The notes below the pieces were generated by a model. The model worked only from the letters and a program-made list of their open reading frames with translations. It was not told where the DNA came from and ran no database searches. From the IMG/VR virus record IMGVR_UViG_3300042988_001700, positions 1 through 64,000 of that record: a stretch of DNA of 64,000 nucleotides; one strand, written 5' to 3'. Source of the stretch: a virus. The position numbers were made by a program, and so were the translations under genes. Each line of letters opens with the position of its first letter. The first letter of the stretch is position 1. Positions 30,531 through 40,781 of this stretch are shown piece by piece.

Positions 30531-32009
30531 CTATTGAATTTGTATGTTATTGAAGATACACGATATTGTGTCATTCTCGGATTTCGCATTATTGAGAATG
30601 CTTAAGAATTCGTTGTCTTGCATCAAATTTTTGAACAGAATGCTTTGCTGCGCCGGAAGAGAGTCGATGAATCTTCTCCTGTATTTTCCAAGGTGAATAC
30701 CATGTTCTGACCACAAGTTAACCTGTGAATTCTGTATTTGAAGACCACTTTTCAAAACAATTCTAAGCAACATCTCTTCGTCGTAGGTTTTTGATATCTC
30801 TTGTGTTTCTGATAATACATTTAATTCTTCTCTTCTTGCATCTTGCGTCGCTTCCCACCAGTCTTTTGTTATAAAATGGACCCCGATCATTCGATTGTCT
30901 ATCACGTAATTGTTATAGCACTTAAGACCAAATTTATTCATACAGTCTACGTGCTGCTCGACAAACCCCGGCTCCTCACGCATAAAAAGAATGTCGATAT
31001 CGGTTAAAAGAGCATAATCATACTTCTCAAGGCAGTCGGAACTGTAATATAGGAAGCGCACTGCTGGTGCCTTATCATTATTCATTCCGGATATGTCGAA
31101 TGTCTTAACATCGTATTCTGGGTATGCCTTTTTGGCACAATATTCAAACATTTTGACATAACTTTTCATTTTTTCATCATAGAAAGCAGCTATACATACC
31201 TTTTTTGCCATCTGTTTTTCTGGATATATGTCTTTAAGCATAATTTTATACCGTTCTTGCTTACTCGGAATGCGCCAGTCGGGGTGACTTGTGCAAAAAC
31301 CTTTTGGAATCCTATGCTTTTTTAAATATTCTTCATAAAAAAACCCTGTGTTTTCATTACGACACCCCTCGAAGTCATCAGAAATGCAATTGGTATCAAT
31401 ATGTGACCCCTCAAGTGTTCCAGTGTGCTGTATGAAAGATGGCGAACACACAAGTATAGGAATATTTGATTTTCCGACAAGTTCACAAACCGAATAATCC
31501 CATCCATTCCTTGATTTTATTTGTGCAATAGAAGGAACGATTATCTTTTCCCAGATATTTCTTGATATTAGCATCCCAAGACCACCAAGAATATGCTTAA
31601 AATTCAATCCAAGATAATATGATTTAACAGAAGGGTATGTTTGTAGATTGCACAATCCAATTAGGTTAGAAGATATGTCGATTGAAGATATAATGTTATT
31701 TGTATTACTCCACCACCACGGCCTGAACTCACAATCGGAGTCTATCACAACGACAGAACTGGCACCAAATTCAGAAAACGCTCTCGATATTGCGTTTATG
31801 TTGTTTAAATCAACACCAAGGTGCGATTCGCCTTCAACGAATACCGATTCTGGTATCCTGCTTGTTATCTTTTTAACGAGAACGACATCGTTAGAGCAAT
31901 CGTCAAAAACAATCAACCGCTCTGGTCTTGGACTGGATTTAAGATAGCTATCTATGGTCTTTTCGAGAAGCACTTCGCGATTGTGTGTGGTCATTATCGC
32001 TATATTCAA
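30531..32009 (-). CDS. Two-domain glycosyltransferase (GT2 plus a second GT-A-like domain)
   Basis: VFDDCS, VIDSD, FIQHTG in domain 1; RFL...LLTDIDIL and DEEML in domain 2. Confidence 0.75.
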   Translation of the reverse strand: MNIAIMTTHNREVLLEKTIDSYLKSSPRPERLIVFDDCSNDVVLVKKITSRIPESVFVEGESHLGVDLNNINAISRAFSEFGASSVVVIDSDCEFRPWWWSNTNNIISSIDISSNLIGLCNLQTYPSVKSYYLGLNFKHILGGLGMLISRNIWEKIIVPSIAQIKSRNGWDYSVCELVGKSNIPILVCSPSFIQHTGTLEGSHIDTNCISDDFEGCRNENTGFFYEEYLKKHRIPKGFCTSHPDWRIPSKQERYKIMLKDIYPEKQMAKKVCIAAFYDEKMKSYVKMFEYCAKKAYPEYDVKTFDISGMNNDKAPAVRFLYYSSDCLEKYDYALLTDIDILFMREEPGFVEQHVDCMNKFGLKCYNNYVIDNRMIGVHFITKDWWEATQDARREELNVLSETQEISKTYDEEMLLRIVLKSGLQIQNSQVNLWSEHGIHLGKYRRRFIDSLPAQQSILFKNLMQDNEFLSILNNAKSENDTISCIFNNIQIQ

Positions 32010-32932
32010 AGCCCAGCCTCTTCGAGCATCGCCCTATATCTTGATTGTTTGCTTGGAATTTTCCAATCAGGATGTATTGGACCGTAATCAACAGGAATTC
32101 TGTATTTTGCCAACAGTTCTTTCCCTACTCTTGCAAGTCCAATCCCTGAAACATCACCAAACGATACGCCGTATTCCTCAAGTTTTTTGCCAAACAATTT
32201 TTTGAACATCAAATAATCACCGGTTATCTTAATAGGAGCCTGAGAGGCTTTTAATGACTCTATTAAAAAGCAATCTTTTTCTTTTTTGCTTGCCAACCAT
32301 CTTTCAAACACTTCTTTCCCATTGGAATAATCCTGTTCGGCATAGTTGTATACCGAATCTTTAGCCGACAACCCAAAGGCATGGTGCCGGTGTTCGACTA
32401 TCACATCGGGAAGATAGGTTAAGATGTTTGTTTCGAATCCTATACTTACAAGCCAATTGTCTACCCAGCTATGCTTGTATTCTGGTGGAAAAAAATATCC
32501 CAATCCCCGAACTACTGAGCCAGAACACATCGTCGCAGTTGGCAAGTTTTCTGTTTTTCCGTAAGCTATTGCGAATCCATTATTTTTTCTCGTTATGGCA
32601 TCGATCATCTTCATATCCCATCCCTGGGTGATAAAAACATGATCGTCATTTACTTCAGAATAAAAATCAGCATCAAATAATAGGTCGGTTGAAAGATAGT
32701 TGAGCACTTCGACCATGCACCGGTCTTTACCATATACAATGTCAACACAACTCATTCCAGAAAGGTCAATCTTTTTGTACGACTCCACCATTGGATCATT
32801 CTCATAAACGTATGCCACCAAGAAAGAATTGGCTCCCTCTTTGGTTTCAACGAACGATTTCGCCATACGAAGAAATATCTCCGGGCGAGACCTGGAAGAA
32901 CACATGGTAATCAAAGTCATTTTATTTTTCAT
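32006..32932 (-). CDS. Glycosyltransferase (GT2-like)
   Basis: VNDDHVFITQGWD, HSWVDNWL, VIVEHRH; paralogue of 37187..37945. Confidence 0.75.
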   Translation of the reverse strand: MKNKMTLITMCSSRSRPEIFLRMAKSFVETKEGANSFLVAYVYENDPMVESYKKIDLSGMSCVDIVYGKDRCMVEVLNYLSTDLLFDADFYSEVNDDHVFITQGWDMKMIDAITRKNNGFAIAYGKTENLPTATMCSGSVVRGLGYFFPPEYKHSWVDNWLVSIGFETNILTYLPDVIVEHRHHAFGLSAKDSVYNYAEQDYSNGKEVFERWLASKKEKDCFLIESLKASQAPIKITGDYLMFKKLFGKKLEEYGVSFGDVSGIGLARVGKELLAKYRIPVDYGPIHPDWKIPSKQSRYRAMLEEAGL

Positions 32933-33764
32933 AGATTTCAACGCTGCACCTTCCAGTAACAAGATCAGGAGAAAGTTTTTCTTTCAAATCGCATGGGTTG
33001 CACAGACCGTAATTTGAGCATTTTCTGAAGCTATCATCAATATCCAAATACTTATCAGTAACACTCGCTATGCTTCTTTCATCTGAATAAAGATCGCGGT
33101 GACACACATAAATATTCCCCTCCGGCCCAATAAGCAGTTCGCTTGTCCTGCACATGCAATCTTTTTTGTTTCCATTCAATGCGCTGTAATACTTGTAGTT
33201 TCCATAAAGGCGGTCTCTATAATACCCAAGGAAGTCACGAACGAAAAAATACACTCCGACCCGCCTACAGATCTCGGTCATCATGACGTTTGCAGAAAGA
33301 TTCTCCGGATGGTTAAGCCCGAATATTCCAACACTATACCCTGCGGCCATAAGATCGCATGCGGTTTGCGCGATAACGGTCGCTTCCATAGACTTCACAT
33401 GGTAACTCATTCTTATAGATTTATACTCTGGTCCCTTCTTTGTGAATTTGTTCACAGGTGCATTTTTAATGAATTCACGTACATCGAATTGGCCATTCGT
33501 CAAAAGGTCTATGGTTGTTCCTTCTTTAATCCCATTTACTATTTCATAAAATCCATCGTGAATGGTTGGCTCTCCTCCGCCAAGAGTAATTGGTAATCCA
33601 TTGGTATTGATTTTGTTCAATGACGATATCCACTCTTTTGCGGATAGTTCGTCTCGCGCTCTTGTTACCCCTGAATAGGAATTGACACAATACTTACACG
33701 AAAGATTACATCGTAGTGTTAGGTACGCTTCGATATACGAATAGCTTCTTGGAATTAATATCAT
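32922..33764 (-). CDS. Radical SAM enzyme with C-terminal Cys-rich (SPASM/twitch-like) domain
   Basis: CNLSCKYC, GGGEP, C...IGPEGNIYVC...C...CNPCD. Start MILIP overlaps the upstream stop. Confidence 0.85.
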   Translation of the reverse strand: MILIPRSYSYIEAYLTLRCNLSCKYCVNSYSGVTRARDELSAKEWISSLNKINTNGLPITLGGGEPTIHDGFYEIVNGIKEGTTIDLLTNGQFDVREFIKNAPVNKFTKKGPEYKSIRMSYHVKSMEATVIAQTACDLMAAGYSVGIFGLNHPENLSANVMMTEICRRVGVYFFVRDFLGYYRDRLYGNYKYYSALNGNKKDCMCRTSELLIGPEGNIYVCHRDLYSDERSIASVTDKYLDIDDSFRKCSNYGLCNPCDLKEKLSPDLVTGRCSVEIYEK

Positions 33765-35017
33765 TTCATGAACCTCCTGACTATTTCTTCTGCCTTGTTG
33801 ATTAGGATTTCTTGTTTTTCCATGCCTATGGGGGAAGGAATAACGAAGCCCGGGGAAGGGTTGTTGAAATATTCTTTCCACAAGTCCTTGTCGTACACGC
33901 CCGATTTTACCAGATCGAAATAATACTTTGTGTCAGGCTCCGGGAATAAAACATTAACGTATGGAATTGCTATCTTAAGTTTTTCAATCTTTTCAGGCAA
34001 AGAATCGATATAATCTTTGGTCTCAACTGGTGTGCCTATGATGAAATAGGAAACAATTTCTATTTCGTTGTCATTCATAACGCGACAGAAGTCTTCGATA
34101 TCTTTTACTGTCTGATTTTTCCCCATCCATTTCAAACAACGGTTATCAAGAGACTCTATTCCAACATGAATTCGTTTCATCCCAAGTCTTTTCATTCTCG
34201 GGACCAGAGAATAATCAAATTTTACTTGGCCGCGAATGCTCCACTCTGTGTTTATTCCTCTATTCTCAATTTCGTCAAGGAAGCCAACAACGTGAGACCG
34301 CCTTATGTTGAAATTGTCGTCCATGATATGAATGGATTCGGCACCAAGCGTAAGCATAGACTGTATTTCGTGCGCTATCGTGTTTGGGTTCTTCCACTGA
34401 ACAGTTTTTCCTTGGACTGTACAGAACGTGCACTTATTTGGACACCCAACGCTGCTAAACATTGACATGCGCCTGGACGATTCGAACAAAACTTTACCAG
34501 AATAGAAATATTTCTCGTAATCAATGAGGCTTCGGTTGGGGAATTTTATGTCATTAATGTTTGTGGTGCAATGTACGACAACACCTCTTTGGGGATCTTC
34601 TATCCAAGCAGCAAAGTCATTGTCTGCCAAACCACCGACGAAAACAGCATCGGCACCACGTTTAATTATATCATCATGATAAACAGTACAGTGTGGACCG
34701 CCAACAACTATGTATTCGGCCTTTATTTTGGGCATAATTGAATATAGGGCAAAAGAACGCCTAGATACAGCGCTGAATCCTACGATATCGGCCTTTTCTG
34801 CGTTTATCTTGTCGATAGTCTGCTTTATTGTCAGATTGTCGAACAGTGGATCTATGATAACAACCTCATGGCCACGAAGATTCGATGCAAGAGAAAGAAG
34901 TCCAAGGGGAATATATTTAACTGCTGCCGGTTGCACTGCCTTGGGAGTAATCCAACTTTGGTATTCTCCCTCACTCGGAAGCGTTGATAGGACTATTTTA
35001 AACTTTCTTTTCATCAT
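33761..35017 (-). CDS. Cobalamin-binding radical SAM enzyme (class B methyltransferase-like)
   Basis: PLGLLSLAS, VVGGPHCT (B12 domain), GCPNKCTFC, DDNF, GIES, FIIGTPVET. Confidence 0.9.
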   Translation of the reverse strand: MMKRKFKIVLSTLPSEGEYQSWITPKAVQPAAVKYIPLGLLSLASNLRGHEVVIIDPLFDNLTIKQTIDKINAEKADIVGFSAVSRRSFALYSIMPKIKAEYIVVGGPHCTVYHDDIIKRGADAVFVGGLADNDFAAWIEDPQRGVVVHCTTNINDIKFPNRSLIDYEKYFYSGKVLFESSRRMSMFSSVGCPNKCTFCTVQGKTVQWKNPNTIAHEIQSMLTLGAESIHIMDDNFNIRRSHVVGFLDEIENRGINTEWSIRGQVKFDYSLVPRMKRLGMKRIHVGIESLDNRCLKWMGKNQTVKDIEDFCRVMNDNEIEIVSYFIIGTPVETKDYIDSLPEKIEKLKIAIPYVNVLFPEPDTKYYFDLVKSGVYDKDLWKEYFNNPSPGFVIPSPIGMEKQEILINKAEEIVRRFMK

Positions 35018-35018
35018 T

Positions 35019-35552
35019 TTAACACTCAAGATCGTATAGTCCGCGATAATCAACTATCATCGAATTACCGTTATTGTTCCCAATAGCCTTTGCGTAATAC
35101 TTTTCGATATCCTCACATTTCCGGCACCTTGTCACACATGTATTGTCGGTATTCTGGTCAAACAGATCGGAAAAATCCTGAAGATGTTGGATGCCCGGGT
35201 CGAATGGTTTGTTGTCCCCAACGATCGCCCGGATAATAACGCATGGGTTGTATCTGCCATGGGACAACTCAAATATCTTGTCCATGTGATTTATTATTTG
35301 GTCGGATGCAAGCAGCATAAAGTCATGCCGCTCGAATATTAACACCGGTTTCATACCTGCCATCGACAAACCAGTTGCCATTCCAGCCATAAGCGCCTCA
35401 GCAACAGGCATTTCAATTATCTGTACCGTTGACACCCCTGCCATGGTCCCATAGCATCTTGACCCGTTCTTGAGATTATATCCTATGAATACTCTCTTAG
35501 GATCGGTTGCCAGTTCAAGCATTTGCTTGTGCAGCGCTTCTTTGTACTTCAT
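35019..35552 (-). CDS. ThDP-dependent enzyme, E1-beta/transketolase pyrimidine-binding domain (short)
   Basis: EMPVAEALMAGMATGLS, DFMLLASDQIINH, GIQHLQD; lacks the usual C-terminal domain. Confidence 0.85.
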   Translation of the reverse strand: MKYKEALHKQMLELATDPKRVFIGYNLKNGSRCYGTMAGVSTVQIIEMPVAEALMAGMATGLSMAGMKPVLIFERHDFMLLASDQIINHMDKIFELSHGRYNPCVIIRAIVGDNKPFDPGIQHLQDFSDLFDQNTDNTCVTRCRKCEDIEKYYAKAIGNNNGNSMIVDYRGLYDLEC

Positions 35553-36166
35553 TACATGTGCCTTTCATTGGTTCCGTAAGCTGGTACGAATTTACCGGTT
35601 TGACAGTGCGGCCATTTGCGCTCGTAATAATATCGACTAACACACGATGGCCAATCTATCGTAAATTCATTAATTCTCTCTAACGCTGTGGTACAAACGC
35701 TCAAACCATTGTCTTCGATTATGAACGTGCATGGTAGTTTCCATGCTTCAACATATCTCACTGATTCATAGAAGACACCTTCGTCTTCGGCTCCATCTCC
35801 AACAAAAACATATACGTGCTCTGTTCCTCCGCGCATTTGGATTGCCTTTGCCACACCAACTGCGATAGGGCAACACCCGGCAACTATTGACGACGAAAAG
35901 AAATTGCATGAATTGTCCATAATGTGCATGCTATTACCGGCCAATATCCACCGCTCAAGAGTAACTGGATTTCCACTCTTTAGAAGGTAGTGGTAATGGC
36001 TCCTCCACGAAGAGAACACCCAATCCTGCTTTCCGATGCCCTTGAATATCTCAATTAGCTGTGTTTCGTTTCCTCCGGATAGATGAATCGGGTAAGGAAT
36101 CTTCCCGGCATGGAATAAATCAACGATATTCTGTTCAAACGCTATCAGATCCTCTTTTTTCATCAT
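35552..36166 (-). CDS. ThDP-dependent enzyme, E1-alpha-like subunit (short)
   Basis: HLSGGNE, SSWRSHYH, SSIVAG, GDGA...EDN ThDP-binding motif. Confidence 0.9.
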   Translation of the reverse strand: MMKKEDLIAFEQNIVDLFHAGKIPYPIHLSGGNETQLIEIFKGIGKQDWVFSSWRSHYHYLLKSGNPVTLERWILAGNSMHIMDNSCNFFSSSIVAGCCPIAVGVAKAIQMRGGTEHVYVFVGDGAEDEGVFYESVRYVEAWKLPCTFIIEDNGLSVCTTALERINEFTIDWPSCVSRYYYERKWPHCQTGKFVPAYGTNERHM

Positions 36167-36426
36167 TTTTTAATCTTCTTTTGGTGAACAAGTTTTACTT
36201 TTGCAACAAATTTAGAATTTTTCTTCTCTTGTTTTATGAACATACGTTCGCTATAATTAGGTTTTCCGTATGTAATAACAATCTGATTCTTTCCTCTCTT
36301 TGTTGCCCGTATTCTTTGCTTTGGATTTTCTATCGGGTAACAAAACACAGTAGCGCTTCGTATTCCCGGAATCATAACAGCCTCTATTGCCTCTATAAAA
36401 TCTTTTCTTGAAAACGAATGAAACAT
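36163..36426 (-). CDS. Small basic hypothetical protein
   Basis: AGGGGAAG RBS; ATGA coupling to the E1-alpha gene. Confidence 0.55.
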   Translation of the reverse strand: MFHSFSRKDFIEAIEAVMIPGIRSATVFCYPIENPKQRIRATKRGKNQIVITYGKPNYSERMFIKQEKKNSKFVAKVKLVHQKKIKK

Positions 36427-36438
36427 ACTTCCCCTTTA

Positions 36439-37209
36439 TTAGATTTTAATATTTGCGCAAGAAGCTGGAATCTGTTCTGGGCGAACTACGACAACTCCCT
36501 GCCATATATTTTCGCAGCCCTTAATATAATGACTTATTGAACCACTCGGTAGAGTATCCCACACATTTCTTTTCCATTCATCGATATTAACCGAAGAGTA
36601 TTCATCCTTGTCACCAATAATGCTATTAGCAATCTTCTCTGCTATGTCTTCAAAACTTCTCCTCACCATAGCGAAATGGAATATCGGGTTTATTATGTGC
36701 GCTCTTGGAATAACCGTATTGTAACGTATTCCCTGGTAATCCATGGATGAACGCACGAACACAACCGGAGTTACTTCCCCGGCACCTACTATACGATAAA
36801 ATTGGCTTTTTATATACGTGTCCATGTTAGCGCTGATAGAATTCAAGCACTGGCTATTAAACAGCACGTCCATAGCGTTTTCCCATACAGATTCGGTCCA
36901 CACTTCGTCAGAATCAACCAGCTGGACCCAATCACAACAAGGAATGTTCTTGCGTATATAATCCATCCCAACCGTATATTGTTCTGCCTGGCTACGTGTT
37001 GAAATGTCAATAACATGGATTTTGTTCATCCAATCATTTTTTTTCTTCCAATCAAGAACGACCGAAAGCGTATCGTTTCCCGGCTTTCCAGACCAACTTA
37101 TATCCGACGAAACGAAAATCATCTTATGAACATGGTGGTAATTTGACATTATGCTTGGAATGAGAAATTCGTTTCCCCTCCATATTTTATAAAGGGAGAC
37201 GAGCTTCAC
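36439..37209 (-). CDS. Putative glycosyltransferase (GT2-like)
   Basis: DWVQLVDSDEVW (DxDE), IFHFAMVR. Confidence 0.7.
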   Translation of the reverse strand: MKLVSLYKIWRGNEFLIPSIMSNYHHVHKMIFVSSDISWSGKPGNDTLSVVLDWKKKNDWMNKIHVIDISTRSQAEQYTVGMDYIRKNIPCCDWVQLVDSDEVWTESVWENAMDVLFNSQCLNSISANMDTYIKSQFYRIVGAGEVTPVVFVRSSMDYQGIRYNTVIPRAHIINPIFHFAMVRRSFEDIAEKIANSIIGDKDEYSSVNIDEWKRNVWDTLPSGSISHYIKGCENIWQGVVVVRPEQIPASCANIKI

Positions 37210-37945
37210 TTGATATTCCCTTCTTTATTCTTTCGATGCAATCTGCTTTATCTATGGCACCCCAAAGCCTCATACCTTCCATAGCTGCATCGTAATTGCT
37301 TTCGGAATACGTTTCCTTTAGGTTTGCGTCATCCGTTACTGAGTCGCAGCCAAGCAAGTGCTTTATCTTAACCTCCGGAACGAACACTATTCCATTTTCC
37401 AGCGATAGGCCAAGATCCTTGGTATACATATCAAGTCCACGATGGTTCAATGTTCTTGGATAAACATATCCAATAGCATCGACGAACTTCCATGACCAAA
37501 TCTCTGCGCCCGGGTGCTGCCATGTGTACCAATCATCGTTCAACATATCGTCACCGCAACACCATCCCCAACCGTTCGACACTTCCATGTATCTTTTAAT
37601 GAGTATTGAATCCCAATTCTGGGTAAGATACAAATGATCGTCGCAGATTATTTGATAGTACGGGATCTCTCTATACATGGAGAACACCACATGGTTCACG
37701 ACTTCTCGTAAGCATCGATGGCGACCGATAACATAATTCAATTCGAATCCGAATCTTTCCTTATGTCCCGCGATCAACTTTTTATAGTTGTCTATCTGCG
37801 GATCGTCGTTGTGGAGATACACAAATATCTGTGTTTTGTCATCCGCCCTCTTCACATAGAACGTTTCAAGCATATCGAAGAGCATTTCTGGCCGCCGGAA
37901 CGATGAACAGATCGACAAAAGTCTGGTATTGTACTTGTCTATCAT
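37187..37945 (-). CDS. Glycosyltransferase (GT2-like)
   Basis: ICDDHLYLTQNWD, VKIKHL; paralogue of 32006..32932. Confidence 0.7.
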   Translation of the reverse strand: MIDKYNTRLLSICSSFRRPEMLFDMLETFYVKRADDKTQIFVYLHNDDPQIDNYKKLIAGHKERFGFELNYVIGRHRCLREVVNHVVFSMYREIPYYQIICDDHLYLTQNWDSILIKRYMEVSNGWGWCCGDDMLNDDWYTWQHPGAEIWSWKFVDAIGYVYPRTLNHRGLDMYTKDLGLSLENGIVFVPEVKIKHLLGCDSVTDDANLKETYSESNYDAAMEGMRLWGAIDKADCIERIKKGISSEARLPL

Positions 37946-37946
37946 A

Positions 37947-39035
37947 TTAAATAAAATTCAAATTTATAGGTTTATTCAGGTAGTCATAACAGAACTTATT
38001 GGTCGAATCCAACCGGCAGGACCCGCGACACTGCTTGTGGACATCGAAATTGTCTCGCATCTTGGATATCACATCCCAATAGTGCTGGCTCTCGAATATT
38101 GTCTTCAATGAACTCTCATGCACATTCCCGAACTTGTAATCTTTGAACTCGGGCTTATCTCCGAACATGAATCCGCACGGATACCAATCGCCATTACCGC
38201 TAATTTCAGAGATAAATGGAACACTCTTGCATCCGGTGTACGGGCGAACGCCTTTCTGGTGCATTATATTCCACTTGACTATGACATCTGTCTTATTTGT
38301 TGATAGGCGCTCACACATCATTAGTGCCTGCTGCGTTTCCGGGGAATCATATTCCTTTAAGTCGAAATTTCCGATTCCTGATTCATCGTCCGGGATAGAA
38401 CACTGCTTGATAACGAAGTAATCAACGCCAAGGCCAACTGCTAATCTCGACTCCAGTACCATTTCTTCTCGCATTGTGGTTGGAACGAATACCGACTGCA
38501 TGCCAATCTCGCAATCGTATTCATATTTCATCTTGACGCGAACGATCCTCTTGATATTCTCAACTACCTTGTCAAAATAGTCTCTCCCGTGAACCTCATT
38601 GTATCCCTCCCTTGTCCCGGCGCTGATACAGAAGCGCATCCACTTGCACGAAGAAAGAATTTTGTGACACTTTTCCTCGTCGTTTATCAAAAATCCGTTT
38701 GTCGATATCGCCATATCAAGCCCGATGTTCTTGGCAAGGTCAAGAGCGTCATACAAATACGGATTGCAAGTCGGCTCCCCGTCACCAATAAAAGCTATCG
38801 ACTTTACCCCGATGTCCTTTGCATCCCATATTGTTTGAAGCAGCGGCTCTTTTTCAATGAATACCTTTTGAACATCTTGATATTTGCCATAGCAGAAAAC
38901 ACATGCCACATTACAGAATTTAGCAATTCCCATATCAATGTGTATAGGCGCAACTCTCCTGCCCTTGTCAAAATGTTCAATAACTCGGTCCATGTGCCAT
39001 AGCAGTTTAGTAGAATCGTGCATTCTCTTGTCCAT
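37947..39035 (-). CDS. Radical SAM/SPASM enzyme
   Basis: CNVACVFC, GDGEPT, C...ISGNGDWYPC...FGNVHE...CRGSCR. Confidence 0.9.
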   Translation of the reverse strand: MDKRMHDSTKLLWHMDRVIEHFDKGRRVAPIHIDMGIAKFCNVACVFCYGKYQDVQKVFIEKEPLLQTIWDAKDIGVKSIAFIGDGEPTCNPYLYDALDLAKNIGLDMAISTNGFLINDEEKCHKILSSCKWMRFCISAGTREGYNEVHGRDYFDKVVENIKRIVRVKMKYEYDCEIGMQSVFVPTTMREEMVLESRLAVGLGVDYFVIKQCSIPDDESGIGNFDLKEYDSPETQQALMMCERLSTNKTDVIVKWNIMHQKGVRPYTGCKSVPFISEISGNGDWYPCGFMFGDKPEFKDYKFGNVHESSLKTIFESQHYWDVISKMRDNFDVHKQCRGSCRLDSTNKFCYDYLNKPINLNFI

Positions 39036-39235
39036 TAAATATGCCTTTCCGGGATATCGTTCATAGGAATAACCGTGTGATTCTCGTCCTCATAAACATC
39101 TTTTGGCGTGCAGCTCTTTTCAATATCACTCAGTATTCCCCGTGACCAAGCTGCAAAAAACACTGCTACGGCAGCGAACGCACCAACACCAATACACAAA
39201 ACAACAACTCCGTCAGATATCCGATCCATCACCAT
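39035..39235 (-). CDS. Small membrane protein
   Basis: Single hydrophobic segment. Confidence 0.45.
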   Translation of the reverse strand: MVMDRISDGVVVLCIGVGAFAAVAVFFAAWSRGILSDIEKSCTPKDVYEDENHTVIPMNDIPERHI

Positions 39236-39575
39236 CCCCCAATAGTTTTTTTATATATCCACAACGCTCAGCGAAACGCTCTAAAAGTCTATTGTTGTTA
39301 AATGCTATGAATAGATTTTCCAGTTCGGTATGAATTTTATTAAACTTTTTTTCGTTAGGAAAACTTGTGCTCACCGGAACACTATCGGGAGACTTGGCTT
39401 TGTAAAAACGATGTGTTTTTTTTGCAATGAGTTTTGGATTTACGTGAGTATTGCATTTGTAAAATTCTTCTCCCGGCGCATTTATATCACCAATAATATC
39501 ATCGACACCATTGGCTATATCAGAAATAAATTTTGCGCTATTATCAAGCTGGGATAGTTTTGCTTTTTTCTTCAC
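39213..39575 (-). CDS. Hypothetical protein
   Basis: Operon packing. Confidence 0.45.
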   Translation of the reverse strand: MKKKAKLSQLDNSAKFISDIANGVDDIIGDINAPGEEFYKCNTHVNPKLIAKKTHRFYKAKSPDSVPVSTSFPNEKKFNKIHTELENLFIAFNNNRLLERFAERCGYIKKLLGDGDGSDI

Positions 39576-40176
39576 TTTTCATTCCCTCAAATATTGATAG
39601 AACTTCATTGTTTAACAATGATGTATTGGCTGGATCAATGATCCATCTCCCATCAAGAAACTGTATTCCAAGCTTATCATCATAATTACAGACAAGGCGA
39701 AATTTTTTATCCACACGGAACTCTCTGCCAGCCTCAAGTCGCGAATCAAACTTTGGAATAACAATCTGTTCTCTCATTATCTTCTCATTCCAATCATTGA
39801 CGGCATCTTCCATAGTATCTTTAGAGTCTGACCGCAGGTAACAATCTGCTCTTCCGCAAAAAACAGCGTATCTTACCTTGTCAGAGCACTCTGATTTTTC
39901 TACCTCAATATGCGGGGAAATTCCACAATGACAAAGCATTTTTGGAGTATAATCTTTCAACGTTTTATCCTCTTCCTCTTTCTTTTTCTTTTCCAAATAC
40001 AAAATATTATTATTCCACAAAGCAACTGCTGAAGCAATGGAACTTTTGCTTTCTGCAATAATTCCACAATTTTCATTAAGGCACATAACAGTAAACAAAG
40101 AACTTTGACCAAACACCTCTTTTCTTTTACAAACGTTCGGCGTCGATCCGCAAATACATTTAGAAACATCAGCCAT
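39544..40176 (-). CDS. Protein with two tandem Lar-like (restriction alleviation) zinc domains
   Basis: CICG...VMCLNENCG...AVALWNN and CHCG...VFCGRADC...AVNDWNE. Confidence 0.6.
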   Translation of the reverse strand: MADVSKCICGSTPNVCKRKEVFGQSSLFTVMCLNENCGIIAESKSSIASAVALWNNNILYLEKKKKEEEDKTLKDYTPKMLCHCGISPHIEVEKSECSDKVRYAVFCGRADCYLRSDSKDTMEDAVNDWNEKIMREQIVIPKFDSRLEAGREFRVDKKFRLVCNYDDKLGIQFLDGRWIIDPANTSLLNNEVLSIFEGMKSEEKSKTIPA

Positions 40177-40268
40177 AATATACCCCTAAATCAAAAATGT
40201 CCGGGAGAAGTCCATATTGAAGGGAAAGGAATAACCTTCAATGGAGGCATGGACCCTCCCGGTGAATT

Positions 40269-40772
40269 TTACGCTTCCCATCTGCTTTCGTCGATCATCT
40301 TGCCCCACTTGTATATCCTTCGAATAGTCACACGCGCATTGATCTCTTCATCAACGCACTTGATTCCGGCATTGACCAGAACTTTTCGTATGGCGAACAC
40401 TGGCTTAATGAAAATAATCGAAATGATCAAACTAAGAATATTGAACGGCATACAGATCGCCCGGATGAACCAAGCCTTTTCTCCAAGCTTTTTCTCAACG
40501 CCCTTAACCAACCAAGCCATGGCAAGGAAGTACACTATACGATCAACCATCTTTATGTATATCATCGGCGTAAGTATCTCAGCCAAAGCCATTGTGGCCG
40601 CATTTACGTTGACGTTACGTACATCAAGGAAGTGTTTCTGCATGCTGGCTCGCTTACGAGCGCGTTTTTCTGCATCCTGCCGGGCAAGAAGATATTTCTT
40701 CTTCTCTTCCATCGTCATATCCTTGACTGCTTTCACAGTGTTGGATCTTTTCATTTTCCTTTCAAAACTCAC
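40269..40772 (-). CDS. Hypothetical membrane-associated protein
   Basis: GGAGGG RBS; hydrophobic segments. Confidence 0.5.
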   Translation of the reverse strand: MSFERKMKRSNTVKAVKDMTMEEKKKYLLARQDAEKRARKRASMQKHFLDVRNVNVNAATMALAEILTPMIYIKMVDRIVYFLAMAWLVKGVEKKLGEKAWFIRAICMPFNILSLIISIIFIKPVFAIRKVLVNAGIKCVDEEINARVTIRRIYKWGKMIDESRWEA

Positions 40773-40781
40773 AATACCCTC

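Noticed and set aside
35019-36166. Pyruvate dehydrogenase as a central-metabolism auxiliary gene
   Set aside because: Both subunits are truncated, E2/E3 are absent and the neighbours are sugar-modifying enzymes.
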